In this document: in pieces, positions 1-9,584 of the stretch | How positions within the stretch are numbered: position 1 is the first letter of the stretch | Layout: every line of letters starts with the position of its first letter | From: Promethearchaeota archaeon | Lineage (GTDB): Archaea > Asgardarchaeota > Lokiarchaeia > Sigyniarchaeales > SOKP01 | NCBI GenBank assembly: GCA_019057795.1 | Contig: JAHLWS010000034.1 | Coordinates: 1 to 64,000 of the forward strand | DNA length: 64,000 nucleotides | Direction: 5' to 3' | Program-made: the position numbers and the translations under genes | The notes under the pieces: generated by a model | What the model saw: only the letters and a program-made list of their open reading frames with translations | What the model was told of the DNA's origin: nothing | The model's database searches: none

Positions 1-915
1 ATACGACATCATTCCACCGTGACCACCAGTTATACAGATGCCCATTCCAGCACAAACTAATCTAGGTCCGATTAACTTTCCTTTTTTAATTTTGTCCCTA
101 AGCTCAAGATCTAAATAAAATGGATCGCCCATTGTTCTCAAGGTTGTCACGCCCGCATTTAAAGCGTTGCTAGCGTTATTTTTCATCATATTACTAAGAA
201 TTTTTTTACCTAAGGGCGTTTTAAGTAATTTGATTAACTTTTCCAGCGTTTTATCGCTTAAATTCATCAGTTTCATTGGTTTTCCGCTTCCCGTTAAATG
301 ACAATGAGCGTTTATCAAACCTGGTAGAACATAGTCTCCTTTTAAGTCTATTTTTTTGTAATTTTCTGGAATCTTGATATCTTCTTCTTTTCCTACCCCA
401 ACAATTAAACCGGGCGTTTCACCATCTTTTACAACATTTTTAATTAACATTACTCCTTTATTAATTACCGAACTCTTAAGATTACCGTCAATTATATTAC
501 AATTGATAAGCGCTAGATTTACTTTAGGTTCTTTGTTTCTATATTTTAATCGTTTCATCCAACCTATTGTGAATAGTGTTAAAATAATATCAATAACACT
601 TCCAATAATAGCCATTGTCCAGTACCACACTACCGGCATCCAACTAGAATCCAAACGAGCAAGATTCAATGTTAAGTTGTACATCCCAAAACCGTAAATT
701 CCAAGAATATCTAAAATCCCTAATGGAATTCCTACAAAAGGGATAATCCACGGGAAAATGTTAAGTAATCCAATAATCGTATGTGCAAGAGCTCCTAACA
801 CTCCTTCCAACGTGCCGTATGTTATCCACGCAAATAAAGAAATTAGAATTGTTGAAAAAAGTAGAAATTCTATACACATATTTAAAAAATTTGATGATGC
901 CTTATTCTCGTTCAT
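1..915 (-). CDS. Amidohydrolase-family metallo-hydrolase with an N-terminal multi-TM membrane domain (3' partial, runs off window)
   Basis: Manual translation from ATG at 915: about 120 aa hydrophobic N-terminus, then GDYVLPGLINAHCHL (HxH), NAGVTTLRTMGD and GPRLVCAG..ITGGHG. Frame is open to position 1. Absent from the ORF track. Confidence 0.85.
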   Translation of the reverse strand, partial: MNENKASSNFLNMCIEFLLFSTILISLFAWITYGTLEGVLGALAHTIIGLLNIFPWIIPFVGIPLGILDILGIYGFGMYNLTLNLARLDSSWMPVVWYWTMAIIGSVIDIILTLFTIGWMKRLKYRNKEPKVNLALINCNIIDGNLKSSVINKGVMLIKNVVKDGETPGLIVGVGKEEDIKIPENYKKIDLKGDYVLPGLINAHCHLTGSGKPMKLMNLSDKTLEKLIKLLKTPLGKKILSNMMKNNASNALNAGVTTLRTMGDPFYLDLELRDKIKKGKLIGPRLVCAGMGICITGGHGGMMSY

Positions 916-1080
916 AATTTTATGCCAATTATTATTACTTTTAAAATTTAGTGATTTAATTTTTAATAGATTAAAATTATTCCTTTAATATAAAAATAAT
1001 TTTAAATATTATCAAGAAGAAGTCTATAAATTAGAGATAGATTATCTTTTTACTAATTATTTAAAAGAGTACAAAATACC

Positions 1081-2286
1081 ATGTCAAATGAATCAATAGT
1101 ATATTGGGCATCTCCAATAGAAGTCGCTTCGTTAAGAAATACATCAAAGAATATGGTTACAAACAATTTAGTGAAAACAAGATTGATTTTGGATAAAATC
1201 CTAGATAATATAAGTCTTGGAGATAAAGTTGCTATAAAAGTTCATGTGGGAGAGGCACATAACACTCATTACTTGCGGCACGATTATGTGCGCGAAGTGA
1301 TTGAGGCTGTGAAATCAAAAGGGGGCATACCCTCCCTAATTGAAACTCATGGTTTAGGAAATAATGTTGAAAATATAGGAATTTGTGAGGATTATTCAAT
1401 CTGTATTGGTCACCGAAAGAATGCTACAGAACATCGTGAAATTGCCATGTTACATGGATATTTGGAATCAATAATCGGAGCTCCACTGAAATTTATTGAT
1501 GGCGAAAATGGTATCGAGAGAAGAGTTGTAAAAATAGATGGACTTAAATTTGAAGAAGTGTCTGTTGCTGAAGGTCTCTATAGTTACGATAAACTCGTAG
1601 TAATTTCTCACTTTAAAGGTCATCCTCAAGCGGGATTTGGCGGTGCTTTAAAGCAACTTGGGATAGGGTGTGTAACTAAACATAACAAGCATTTAGCTCA
1701 CTTTGAAAGTGGTTTAGTTGTTAACACTAAAAGATGCGACTTATCTAAATGTAATCAAGAATGCATAAGTTCATGTCCAGTACAAGCAATTAAGATTGAT
1801 GGTGATTCTGCTTTAATCGATGCTTCTCTCTGTTACGGCTGTTTTCAGTGTACCCAAAAATGCCCTGTTAAAAGAGCTATCAAAAGCCCAAGAATGAATA
1901 ATATCGGTGATTTTGTTGAACGCTTTATAGACAATGCCTTTGCAGTTATAAAGTCTTTTGGTCCAGAAATGGTACGCTATATCAACTTTGCCTTGGATAT
2001 TCCCCTTATGTGTGATTGCGTTCCAAATCCTGGTATGAATGTGGTTCCCGATCTGGGAATATTCGGTTCTTCTGATCCTGTAGCAATAGACAAAGCCTGT
2101 ATCGATGCAGAAATTAACGCTCCCGGTTTACCAATTTTAAAAGAAAATGGACAATGGACTGAACCTTTAGCTCGAGGTGTTGAGAAATTTAAAGCAACGA
2201 TGTCTTTAACTAATCCAAATCTACAATTTGATGCTGCACTCAAAAATAAAATAGGATCTACGGATTACAAGTTAATTCAGATTTGA
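1081..2286 (+). CDS. DUF362-family Fe-S protein with inserted 2x[4Fe-4S] ferredoxin domain
   Basis: VAIKVHVGE, SHFKGH..AGFGGALKQLGIGC, CxxCxxCxxxCP motifs, CDC and SSDPVAID. Confidence 0.85.
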   Translation: MSNESIVYWASPIEVASLRNTSKNMVTNNLVKTRLILDKILDNISLGDKVAIKVHVGEAHNTHYLRHDYVREVIEAVKSKGGIPSLIETHGLGNNVENIGICEDYSICIGHRKNATEHREIAMLHGYLESIIGAPLKFIDGENGIERRVVKIDGLKFEEVSVAEGLYSYDKLVVISHFKGHPQAGFGGALKQLGIGCVTKHNKHLAHFESGLVVNTKRCDLSKCNQECISSCPVQAIKIDGDSALIDASLCYGCFQCTQKCPVKRAIKSPRMNNIGDFVERFIDNAFAVIKSFGPEMVRYINFALDIPLMCDCVPNPGMNVVPDLGIFGSSDPVAIDKACIDAEINAPGLPILKENGQWTEPLARGVEKFKATMSLTNPNLQFDAALKNKIGSTDYKLIQI

Positions 2287-2393
2287 TTTGAAAAAACTTT
2301 TAACTAACATAGCAGTAGATTATTATTATTAGAATAATTTGAATATTGTAGATACAAAATTATTTGAATGTGTACTCGTAGAGGTTAAAAATA

Positions 2394-2948
2394 ATGAGTA
2401 TTGAAAATGATATATCTGAAAAAAGATCTAAAGGTTATAACTTCGAAAATATATCTTTAAAAATTGCTTTAACCGCTATTACAGCAGCATTATATATTGT
2501 TTTAGGTTATGTATTTCAAGCCATTAGTTTTTTAGGTTTGCAATTTAGAGTTGCAGAATTAATTGTTGGAATGTGTATTATTTTCCCACTTGAAGGTTTA
2601 ATTGGCAATGTCATTGGTGTTTTTTTCGTTAATTTATCTTCACCATTAGGCCCAATTGATCTTATTAGCTGTATTGTAAATGTTCCTGCACTTTATTGTA
2701 TAATATATTTCAAGGATAAAAGAGGTTTAAAATTTCTAGGAGGAATTTTGTATGCTCTTATTATTTCTCTTTATGTTGCATTTGTTTTGAATTTTGTTCT
2801 GTCTTTGCCGATAATGCTTATGTTTATCCAAGTTCTAATTCCTGAAGTTATCTTAGCTACACTTGGGATTATATTATTTGAAAATATCAAAAGGGCATTA
2901 AATATAAATGATAAAATAAATAGAAAAAAAGAAGAAATTAGTTCTTAA
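2394..2948 (+). CDS. queT: QueT-family (ECF S-component-like) membrane transporter
   Basis: AALYIVL...LQFRVAE motif, NLSSPLGPID, about 5 TM segments. Confidence 0.75.
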   Translation: MSIENDISEKRSKGYNFENISLKIALTAITAALYIVLGYVFQAISFLGLQFRVAELIVGMCIIFPLEGLIGNVIGVFFVNLSSPLGPIDLISCIVNVPALYCIIYFKDKRGLKFLGGILYALIISLYVAFVLNFVLSLPIMLMFIQVLIPEVILATLGIILFENIKRALNINDKINRKKEEISS

Positions 2949-2949
2949 A

Positions 2950-4233
2950 TTAAATTTCTCCAGTACTGATTTTTTCGATATCTTTCGGTAAATATTTCAA
3001 AATTGGTATTAAAAGCAATGAACAACTCAACGCCATTATAGACAAGATAAGATATCCTGGGCTGTATTGATTATTAAAATGCAAAAATAGCTGACCAAGT
3101 ATTAATAAACTTATGCTTCTACCAAATGTGTAAGCAAGATAGTTAAGAGAGTAAATAGTTGATCTAATTTGAGGAGGATTGGTCTCTCCAAGAGTAGCTT
3201 GCGTAAGTGGATCAATTCCTCCAAAAAGAAATGCGCCAATGTATATAATAGCAATAAAAATAAAGGCTACAATAAAATCAGTGGATATAAAGGTTAAAGA
3301 GTACGCGATAATATATAAGCTGGAACCACCAATAAGACAAATTAAAACAATTTTCATCCTCCCTTTTTTATCGGTTTGGCGTTTTTTATCGCCCATTTTG
3401 CCAAATAAGGGGCCACTAACAACCTGACTGCTAAAAACCAATATTAAAAAGATCGTGGCTAAACTTGAAGAAAGCCCAAAGTCGTTTTTAAGCATCGAAA
3501 TGAAAAATGAAGATATAGCACCAATAGAAATGAACATTACAAAGTTAAAAATTAATAAGCCAATCGTAGATTTAATTCTCCAGATTTTTTGTAGATCTTT
3601 TAATTTTATCTTATAACTTAAATCAATATCAATTTCTCCTGATTTTTTATTTAAATTATCCATTGCACCTCTTACTGGTTCTATAAGGAGAAATAATAAC
3701 CCCGTACAAAAAAATCCGCTTATCGAAATAATAAAAATAGGTACCTGCCAAGCGTAGTAATCGATTAAGAAACCCGATAACATCTGCCCTAGCCCATTTC
3801 CTAAAACATAAACCGCGCTTAAAACACCGAATTTTCTTCCTCGATTTTCGGGGTCTACTAAGTCTACAATTAAAGAAAATGTTAAAGGTAATGCAGCTCC
3901 AAAACCAATCGCTGTAAATAGTTGAAATATTAATAACGAATAGAAATCTGTGGCAAAAATAGTTAATAAAGTAAAAATTGACCACTCAATAGTAGCAACG
4001 ATTAACAAATTTTTGCGTTTAAATTTATCAGCTAAAACAGCCCAAATTAGCGAACTTAATGCTGCTACCATCAAGAACATTGAATTGATAACAGCAATTT
4101 GCTCTTCGCTGCTTAAATTTAAAGCAAGCGTAAGCTCTCTTGCCATAGGGGTTATAATACTGAATAAAGCTGACGAAAAGAAAGTCAATAGAATTAATAT
4201 CTTTGCTGAATAATTTTTCGTTAGAATCACCAA
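2950..4233 (-). CDS. MFS transporter
   Basis: About 12 TM segments, motif A-like LADKFKRKN, RGRKFG, EPVRG loop motif. Confidence 0.9.
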   Translation of the reverse strand: MVILTKNYSAKILILLTFFSSALFSIITPMARELTLALNLSSEEQIAVINSMFLMVAALSSLIWAVLADKFKRKNLLIVATIEWSIFTLLTIFATDFYSLLIFQLFTAIGFGAALPLTFSLIVDLVDPENRGRKFGVLSAVYVLGNGLGQMLSGFLIDYYAWQVPIFIISISGFFCTGLLFLLIEPVRGAMDNLNKKSGEIDIDLSYKIKLKDLQKIWRIKSTIGLLIFNFVMFISIGAISSFFISMLKNDFGLSSSLATIFLILVFSSQVVSGPLFGKMGDKKRQTDKKGRMKIVLICLIGGSSLYIIAYSLTFISTDFIVAFIFIAIIYIGAFLFGGIDPLTQATLGETNPPQIRSTIYSLNYLAYTFGRSISLLILGQLFLHFNNQYSPGYLILSIMALSCSLLLIPILKYLPKDIEKISTGEI

Positions 4234-4312
4234 GTTAAAATATATCTTTAATAGTGATTATATCAAAGTTTTATTTAAGCCTTTAATTAATAAGGATTGA
4301 ATTTTATCTGAG

Positions 4313-5533
4313 TTGGGATTTATGTGGGTTAACGCTTGGGCATATATGAGGATGGATAAACAACAAAGATGGTGGAATTTTGAGTGGAACTTTGCCGATA
4401 CGGTTCAAAATCAAATAAATCTACCGGAAAAAGTTATAATTAAAGATGATACGTTAAGAGAAGGAGAAGAAACACCTGGGGCTTATTTCACAATAGAGCA
4501 GAAAATTGAAATTGCAAAACTTCTAGAAGAAATGGGCATTCCTGAAATTGAGGTGGGTTACGCCGCCGGTATCAAAGAACATGCTGACACTTTTAAAGCT
4601 CTAAAGAAGGAAGGCATTAAAATGAAATTGTCTTCGCACGCAAGATTGTATGTTGAGGACGTTCAGAAAGAAGTTGACGATATTTTGGCAGCAGAAGCAG
4701 ATCATGTAAACTTTTTGCTTGTCCCCAGTCCTGCCTTAAAGAATAAACATGAAATATTTAGTAGAATTACGGAAGGAATAGAATATGCTAAATCTCAAGG
4801 CGCTTACGTCGCGTTTGGCTCTGGTCGCGTCATTCCAAAGTATTGGGAAAAATTTGTTACCTTGGCTTTAGATGCTGGAGTTGATAGGATCGTTGTATAT
4901 GACGGAAATGGATGTGCAACTCCTTTAGCCTTCAAAGATGTTGTTCAATTTACTAAAAAAATAGTTGGAGATATACCTATCGAAGTACACACGCATAACG
5001 ACTTAGGATTAGCCGTTGCTACTACGCTTGCAGGAGTAGAAGGCGGAGCCGAAATTGTAGATGTTGTTTTTAACGGACTAGGCGATAGAGCGGGCAATGC
5101 TGCGACAGAAGAAGTAATTATGGCTCTCGAAATTCTCTATGGAATGGACTTAAATTTGAAACTAGATAAAATTATGGAGGTATCTCAACTTATTGAAAAG
5201 TACAGTAAAACTCCATTGCAAGCCCATAAAGCAATTGTAGGGAAGAATTGTTTTATACACGAGTCAGATCTACATGTAGAACAAATATTAATTGGTAATT
5301 GGACTACTTGGGAATTATACCAACCGTGGGTTGTTGGACAATCTCGAAAATTAATATTTGGTGCAACAACCTTACAAGATAGAGCTATAAAGGCAAAATT
5401 AAGAAAAATGGGATTAAACCCGAATAAAAACGATCTAGATGTTTTATTAGAAAAAATCCAAGAAAAAATAAAAATTCAAGATTATATCTCAGAAAAAGAG
5501 CTTGAAGAATTAGCGAAAAAAGTAATCAAATAA
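4313..5533 (+). CDS. DRE-TIM metallolyase (homocitrate/isopropylmalate/citramalate synthase-like), no regulatory domain; probable start ATG 4352
   Basis: DDTLREGEE, HTHND, GLGDRAGNA and HES motifs. Confidence 0.85.
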   Translation: MGFMWVNAWAYMRMDKQQRWWNFEWNFADTVQNQINLPEKVIIKDDTLREGEETPGAYFTIEQKIEIAKLLEEMGIPEIEVGYAAGIKEHADTFKALKKEGIKMKLSSHARLYVEDVQKEVDDILAAEADHVNFLLVPSPALKNKHEIFSRITEGIEYAKSQGAYVAFGSGRVIPKYWEKFVTLALDAGVDRIVVYDGNGCATPLAFKDVVQFTKKIVGDIPIEVHTHNDLGLAVATTLAGVEGGAEIVDVVFNGLGDRAGNAATEEVIMALEILYGMDLNLKLDKIMEVSQLIEKYSKTPLQAHKAIVGKNCFIHESDLHVEQILIGNWTTWELYQPWVVGQSRKLIFGATTLQDRAIKAKLRKMGLNPNKNDLDVLLEKIQEKIKIQDYISEKELEELAKKVIK

Positions 5534-5535
5534 TA

Positions 5536-6786
5536 TTGGTAAGTATCGTGAAAGAGAAAACTAAATGGTTCAATGAAAAGTGGTGGGTTTCGCCTTTAAA
5601 TTACGATCCTGAGGTAATTAAGCGTTTTAACTTTCTAAAACAAGTTTATGTTAGGGATTCGACAATTAGAGAAGGAGAAGAGACTCCTGGTGTTTATTAC
5701 ACCTTGGACGAAAAAATAAAAATTGTTGAGATGTTAGAAGAATTAGGCGTTGAGCACATAGATTGTGGGTACATTGGCCAAGTTCAAGATCAATGGGAAT
5801 TAGCTAATCAAATCAAGGAATTAGGAATGAAAATAAAAACATATTCTCATTTAAGCACAAACCCTTCACGATGGACAGATGAAATACATAAGTCTTTAGA
5901 AGCTAAGTTAGATTATATTGGTTTTGGCATAGTTTTGACTGAATGGCAACTTCAATTATTTACAGGAGATAACAACATAACACCCGATGTCATGATTAGT
6001 TTGATTCCTTCCGTGTTAAAAAGAATTAAAAGATTTGGAGGTGAAGCAATATTAGATTGTGTCGATGCTACTCGTTCAGACTTTTCAATTTTAAAAAAAG
6101 CAATAGAAAAAGGGGTAAAAAACGGCGCAAAAATGATAATGTTATATGATACCGTTGGAGCTTGTAATATTCCTGCTATTTCCTATATGTTTCAGCAGTT
6201 GAAACCTATTGTAAAAGAAATTCCTCTTGGAATTCATGTTCACGACGATTTTGGGTTAGGGACCGCATCTACAATCGCTGCTGTGGAACAAGGCGCGCAA
6301 TATATGGATCTAGTAGTTAATAAACTAGGAGACAGGGCGGGAAACACCTCTTTAGAAGAAGTAATAATATCTTTAGAAATGCTCTATGGTATAGATACTG
6401 GTATTGATTTATCTAAGCTATACAACCTGAGTAAACACATAGAAAAAGTCTCTGGAGTTCCTTTACCTTATAACAAACCCGTTGTAGGGAAAAACACGTT
6501 TTTACACGAAAGCGAGCTCCATGTCATGGGAGCGTTAGAAAAAGAAAAGTTTTGGATGTGCTTCACTCCATATAAACCAGAAATCGTAGGACAGAATGAA
6601 AAAATAATATTTGGTCCGACCACGCTCCATGGTGACGCTATAAGAATGAAATGTGAACAGCTAGGCTTTAAAAATTATGAAAAATTCATTAAAGAGATAT
6701 TGGATACGACTCATACTATTATTACAAAAAAAAAATACATAAATGAAAAAGAGTTAGAAGAATTAATACAGAAAATTATTAGATAA
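5536..6786 (+). CDS. Second DRE-TIM metallolyase paralog
   Basis: DSTIREGEE, HVHDD, LGDRAGNT and HES motifs; 2 bp downstream of the first paralog. Confidence 0.85.
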   Translation: MVSIVKEKTKWFNEKWWVSPLNYDPEVIKRFNFLKQVYVRDSTIREGEETPGVYYTLDEKIKIVEMLEELGVEHIDCGYIGQVQDQWELANQIKELGMKIKTYSHLSTNPSRWTDEIHKSLEAKLDYIGFGIVLTEWQLQLFTGDNNITPDVMISLIPSVLKRIKRFGGEAILDCVDATRSDFSILKKAIEKGVKNGAKMIMLYDTVGACNIPAISYMFQQLKPIVKEIPLGIHVHDDFGLGTASTIAAVEQGAQYMDLVVNKLGDRAGNTSLEEVIISLEMLYGIDTGIDLSKLYNLSKHIEKVSGVPLPYNKPVVGKNTFLHESELHVMGALEKEKFWMCFTPYKPEIVGQNEKIIFGPTTLHGDAIRMKCEQLGFKNYEKFIKEILDTTHTIITKKKYINEKELEELIQKIIR

Positions 6787-6840
6787 TTTTGCTTTTCATA
6801 GTTATCAAAAAAGCTGTAAATATAATTCCAAGATTAGAGA

Positions 6841-8160
6841 GTGCTAAACATTAATCAGCAGACATTAAATGATTTAGTGAAATTATTATCCAAATTTGTG
6901 GAGAGAAAACCTGGTACTCTTTCTGGGAGTTACCGTAGCAACCCTCAGATTGTTCATTATTATTACGAAATTATTCGATATTGGAATAAAATAAATTATA
7001 TTTTAAAGCGAAGGCTTAATTCTACAAATAAACATCTCGTTTCTGGTAGTTCTGATATTGCTAAGTATTTAATTGCCATATATCGAATTGTATGGGAAAA
7101 GGAAAATACTTTAAAAATTGTAAAAGAACTCAATCTAACCAAACAACAATCGAAACTTCTTAATAACATTGAATTCTTTTCGTGGAAGCAAGCCTTAAAA
7201 GGAAAAAACAAGATCGAAAGATTAAGCTTAGAACTAGCAATTCCGTCTTTTTTAATTAATAAGTTATTACCTATAATAGGCTTTAGATCTATAAAAGAAA
7301 ATTTCGAACCTTTGAAAGATGTAGAAGGTAACGAGACATTAACATTTAGAACTAACGATTTATGGAGTGAGAAATCGAATCAAAATTCAATAGGTCTTAT
7401 TTTGAAAGATTTAGAAGAACACCATATTAGTGTTAAACAGGATATTCATTTTTCAAGATTGTTCCATACTAATTTAAAAGATAAAAAGAAAATCATATTA
7501 AGTAAATCGTATAAAGAAGGTAAACTCGTTATCCAAGACAAGGCATCTTTTACGGTCGTTCATTTATTACATCCTCATCCTAACGAGCTGATATGTGATA
7601 TGTGCGCGGCTCCTGGGATCAAAACAAGTATTATTGCCCAATTGTCTCAAAATCAAGCAAGGATTATAGCTAGCGATTTTAGCACATCCAGGTTGAATGT
7701 TATGAGACAAATTTCAAGAAATCTAAATGTATTAAATTCTCATTTGATAAATTCAGACAGTATTAAATTACCTGTCAGATTTACTAATTTTTTTGATAAA
7801 GTTTTGTTAGACGCACCTTGCACTGGAAGCGGGACGTTTTCTACGAACCCCGAGCTTAAATGGCGGCAGAATGAAGGATTTCTACATCAAAATGTTGTGC
7901 TCCAAGAGAAATTGCTTAAGAGTTCTATTGATTTATTGAAGCCTTCCGGCATTCTCGTTTATTCTACATGTAGTCTTTATCCAGAGGAAGGGGAGCTGCA
8001 AGTATTAAAAATCTTAAAGTATTTTAAGCCTATGGAGCTTCCAAAATGGTTTTCTCCTAGCTATAAAATTAAAAACCGACAAATTCCTGGTACTGGAAGA
8101 TTATTTCCTGCAATACACCAAACGAAAGGCTTTTTTATAGGAAAATTCAAAAAAAAGTAA
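6841..8160 (+). CDS. RsmB/NOP2/Sun-family RNA m5C methyltransferase
   Basis: QDKAS, DMCAAPGIKT, DAPCTGSG and YSTCS motifs. Confidence 0.9.
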   Translation: MLNINQQTLNDLVKLLSKFVERKPGTLSGSYRSNPQIVHYYYEIIRYWNKINYILKRRLNSTNKHLVSGSSDIAKYLIAIYRIVWEKENTLKIVKELNLTKQQSKLLNNIEFFSWKQALKGKNKIERLSLELAIPSFLINKLLPIIGFRSIKENFEPLKDVEGNETLTFRTNDLWSEKSNQNSIGLILKDLEEHHISVKQDIHFSRLFHTNLKDKKKIILSKSYKEGKLVIQDKASFTVVHLLHPHPNELICDMCAAPGIKTSIIAQLSQNQARIIASDFSTSRLNVMRQISRNLNVLNSHLINSDSIKLPVRFTNFFDKVLLDAPCTGSGTFSTNPELKWRQNEGFLHQNVVLQEKLLKSSIDLLKPSGILVYSTCSLYPEEGELQVLKILKYFKPMELPKWFSPSYKIKNRQIPGTGRLFPAIHQTKGFFIGKFKKK

Positions 8161-8204
8161 TTATATTAATACTTGAATTATATTTTTCTAAAGAAGGATT
8201 TAAG

Positions 8205-9014
8205 ATGGCTCGATCTAAATTTTGGACCATAGGACAAATTGATGCAACGGGAGTAAGAGGCCCTCATGAAAAGGAATTTGAAGATATAAGCAACGCAAAT
8301 TATTCACTTTTCACGGATATTGATACGATTAAGCTCAAGAAGATAATAACGGAGGAAATTGGAGGAAAAATAGAAAATATCGGATTTGACGAAGATTGGA
8401 CGATTACTTTAGAAATGTTTCCCGAAGTAATTATTCATTTAGCTTATTCTTATTTTGGAGATGAATTTGGGGATGGTATTACGGCCGAATTTAAGTGTTA
8501 TTTTTCGGGAGAGCGAGTAACCTTAGTACCCGGTGAAGATAGCATAACTTATGTTGATATTATTTTTAATTTTATGGAAAGAATGATAAAAAATAAAGAA
8601 CCCTTTGAAAAATCTTACGATAAAAAAACTGAACTAATGCAAAAGGTATTAATCCAACGAAAAGAGCCCTTCAATTTATTAAAAGACGAGGATCAGAAAG
8701 ATTTAACGACTTTTTTAGGGGCCGAAGTCTGGAAAACGGGTAACGAATGGCGAATCAAAAAAGAAGTTTTTCCAGATATTTTTATAGAATTAGTTTATGA
8801 TATTCAAGAGGGGTTAGATATTTGCTATTCAGGTAAGGCACTGCATAAAAAAATCGGAAGTTATCACATGGAATTAGTAGGAATTTTCTTAATTAATCAT
8901 GTACTACGCTATATTACACTTAATAATCTCGAAAAGCAGTTACCTGATATTTGTTATATTATGTTTTCAAGATATTATTCTAAACAAAAAAATTGGACTC
9001 ATAGAAGAACTTAA
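8205..9014 (+). CDS. Hypothetical protein with two internal repeats, DUF3786-like
   Basis: Repeated G..W.I..E.FP.(V/I).I.L.Y unit; GDEF motif in the first repeat. Confidence 0.5.
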   Translation: MARSKFWTIGQIDATGVRGPHEKEFEDISNANYSLFTDIDTIKLKKIITEEIGGKIENIGFDEDWTITLEMFPEVIIHLAYSYFGDEFGDGITAEFKCYFSGERVTLVPGEDSITYVDIIFNFMERMIKNKEPFEKSYDKKTELMQKVLIQRKEPFNLLKDEDQKDLTTFLGAEVWKTGNEWRIKKEVFPDIFIELVYDIQEGLDICYSGKALHKKIGSYHMELVGIFLINHVLRYITLNNLEKQLPDICYIMFSRYYSKQKNWTHRRT

Positions 9015-9029
9015 GATATAAAAAAAAGA

Positions 9030-9584
9030 TTAGATAGTTGTCCATAATATAGTTCTACCTTGCTTACGAGCACGTTTTATTTTTTTAGAGCTTTCTAAAC
9101 CAGACATTACTTTCCAAATCTGTGAGTTGCTCAATTGGAAATACCTTCTTAGTTCCGGAGTTGACATTTCTGTACCGTTTAATAAATTTACAATTAACCT
9201 TTTAATTTCTTCAATTGTATCCTCGCTAGACTCAACCGGTGTATCGTTTTCATTTTCTAAAAGATCCATTTCATGGACAATCTTAGAAGCAATTTTATTA
9301 AGTTGTTTAATGTTGTTATCAATTCCACGAGGTTTCATGAACAAACAGGTTAATTCTAAATCTTTTGGAAACGCAACAATGTAAAAGTTATCGTATAAAA
9401 TAGCTCGTGGTTTTTTTCCTGCATTACCCCCTCGAAATGCTAAATAAAAATTCATAGCAAAATCTTCAAGGTTCATTAAATTAGTAGGTGCTCCATATTC
9501 TTTTTTCCACTTGAGAAATGGACCGTCTATCATATCAAACCCTATTAAAGCCGCACCAAAAAGCTCTTTTTCGTTAAAGTTCAA
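9030..9584 (-). CDS. Longin/uDENN-like domain fused to a C-terminal winged helix-turn-helix
   Basis: N-terminal ALIGFDMIDGP (FDxxxGP), acidic linker, then MSTPELRRYFQLSNSQIWKVMSGLE..KIKRARKQGRTILW. Confidence 0.65.
   Translation of the reverse strand: MNFNEKELFGAALIGFDMIDGPFLKWKKEYGAPTNLMNLEDFAMNFYLAFRGGNAGKKPRAILYDNFYIVAFPKDLELTCLFMKPRGIDNNIKQLNKIASKIVHEMDLLENENDTPVESSEDTIEEIKRLIVNLLNGTEMSTPELRRYFQLSNSQIWKVMSGLESSKKIKRARKQGRTILWTTI

Noticed and set aside
374-988. Plus-strand ORFs 374..697 and 758..988
   Set aside because: Antisense shadows of the minus-strand amidohydrolase (1..915), which has clear motifs
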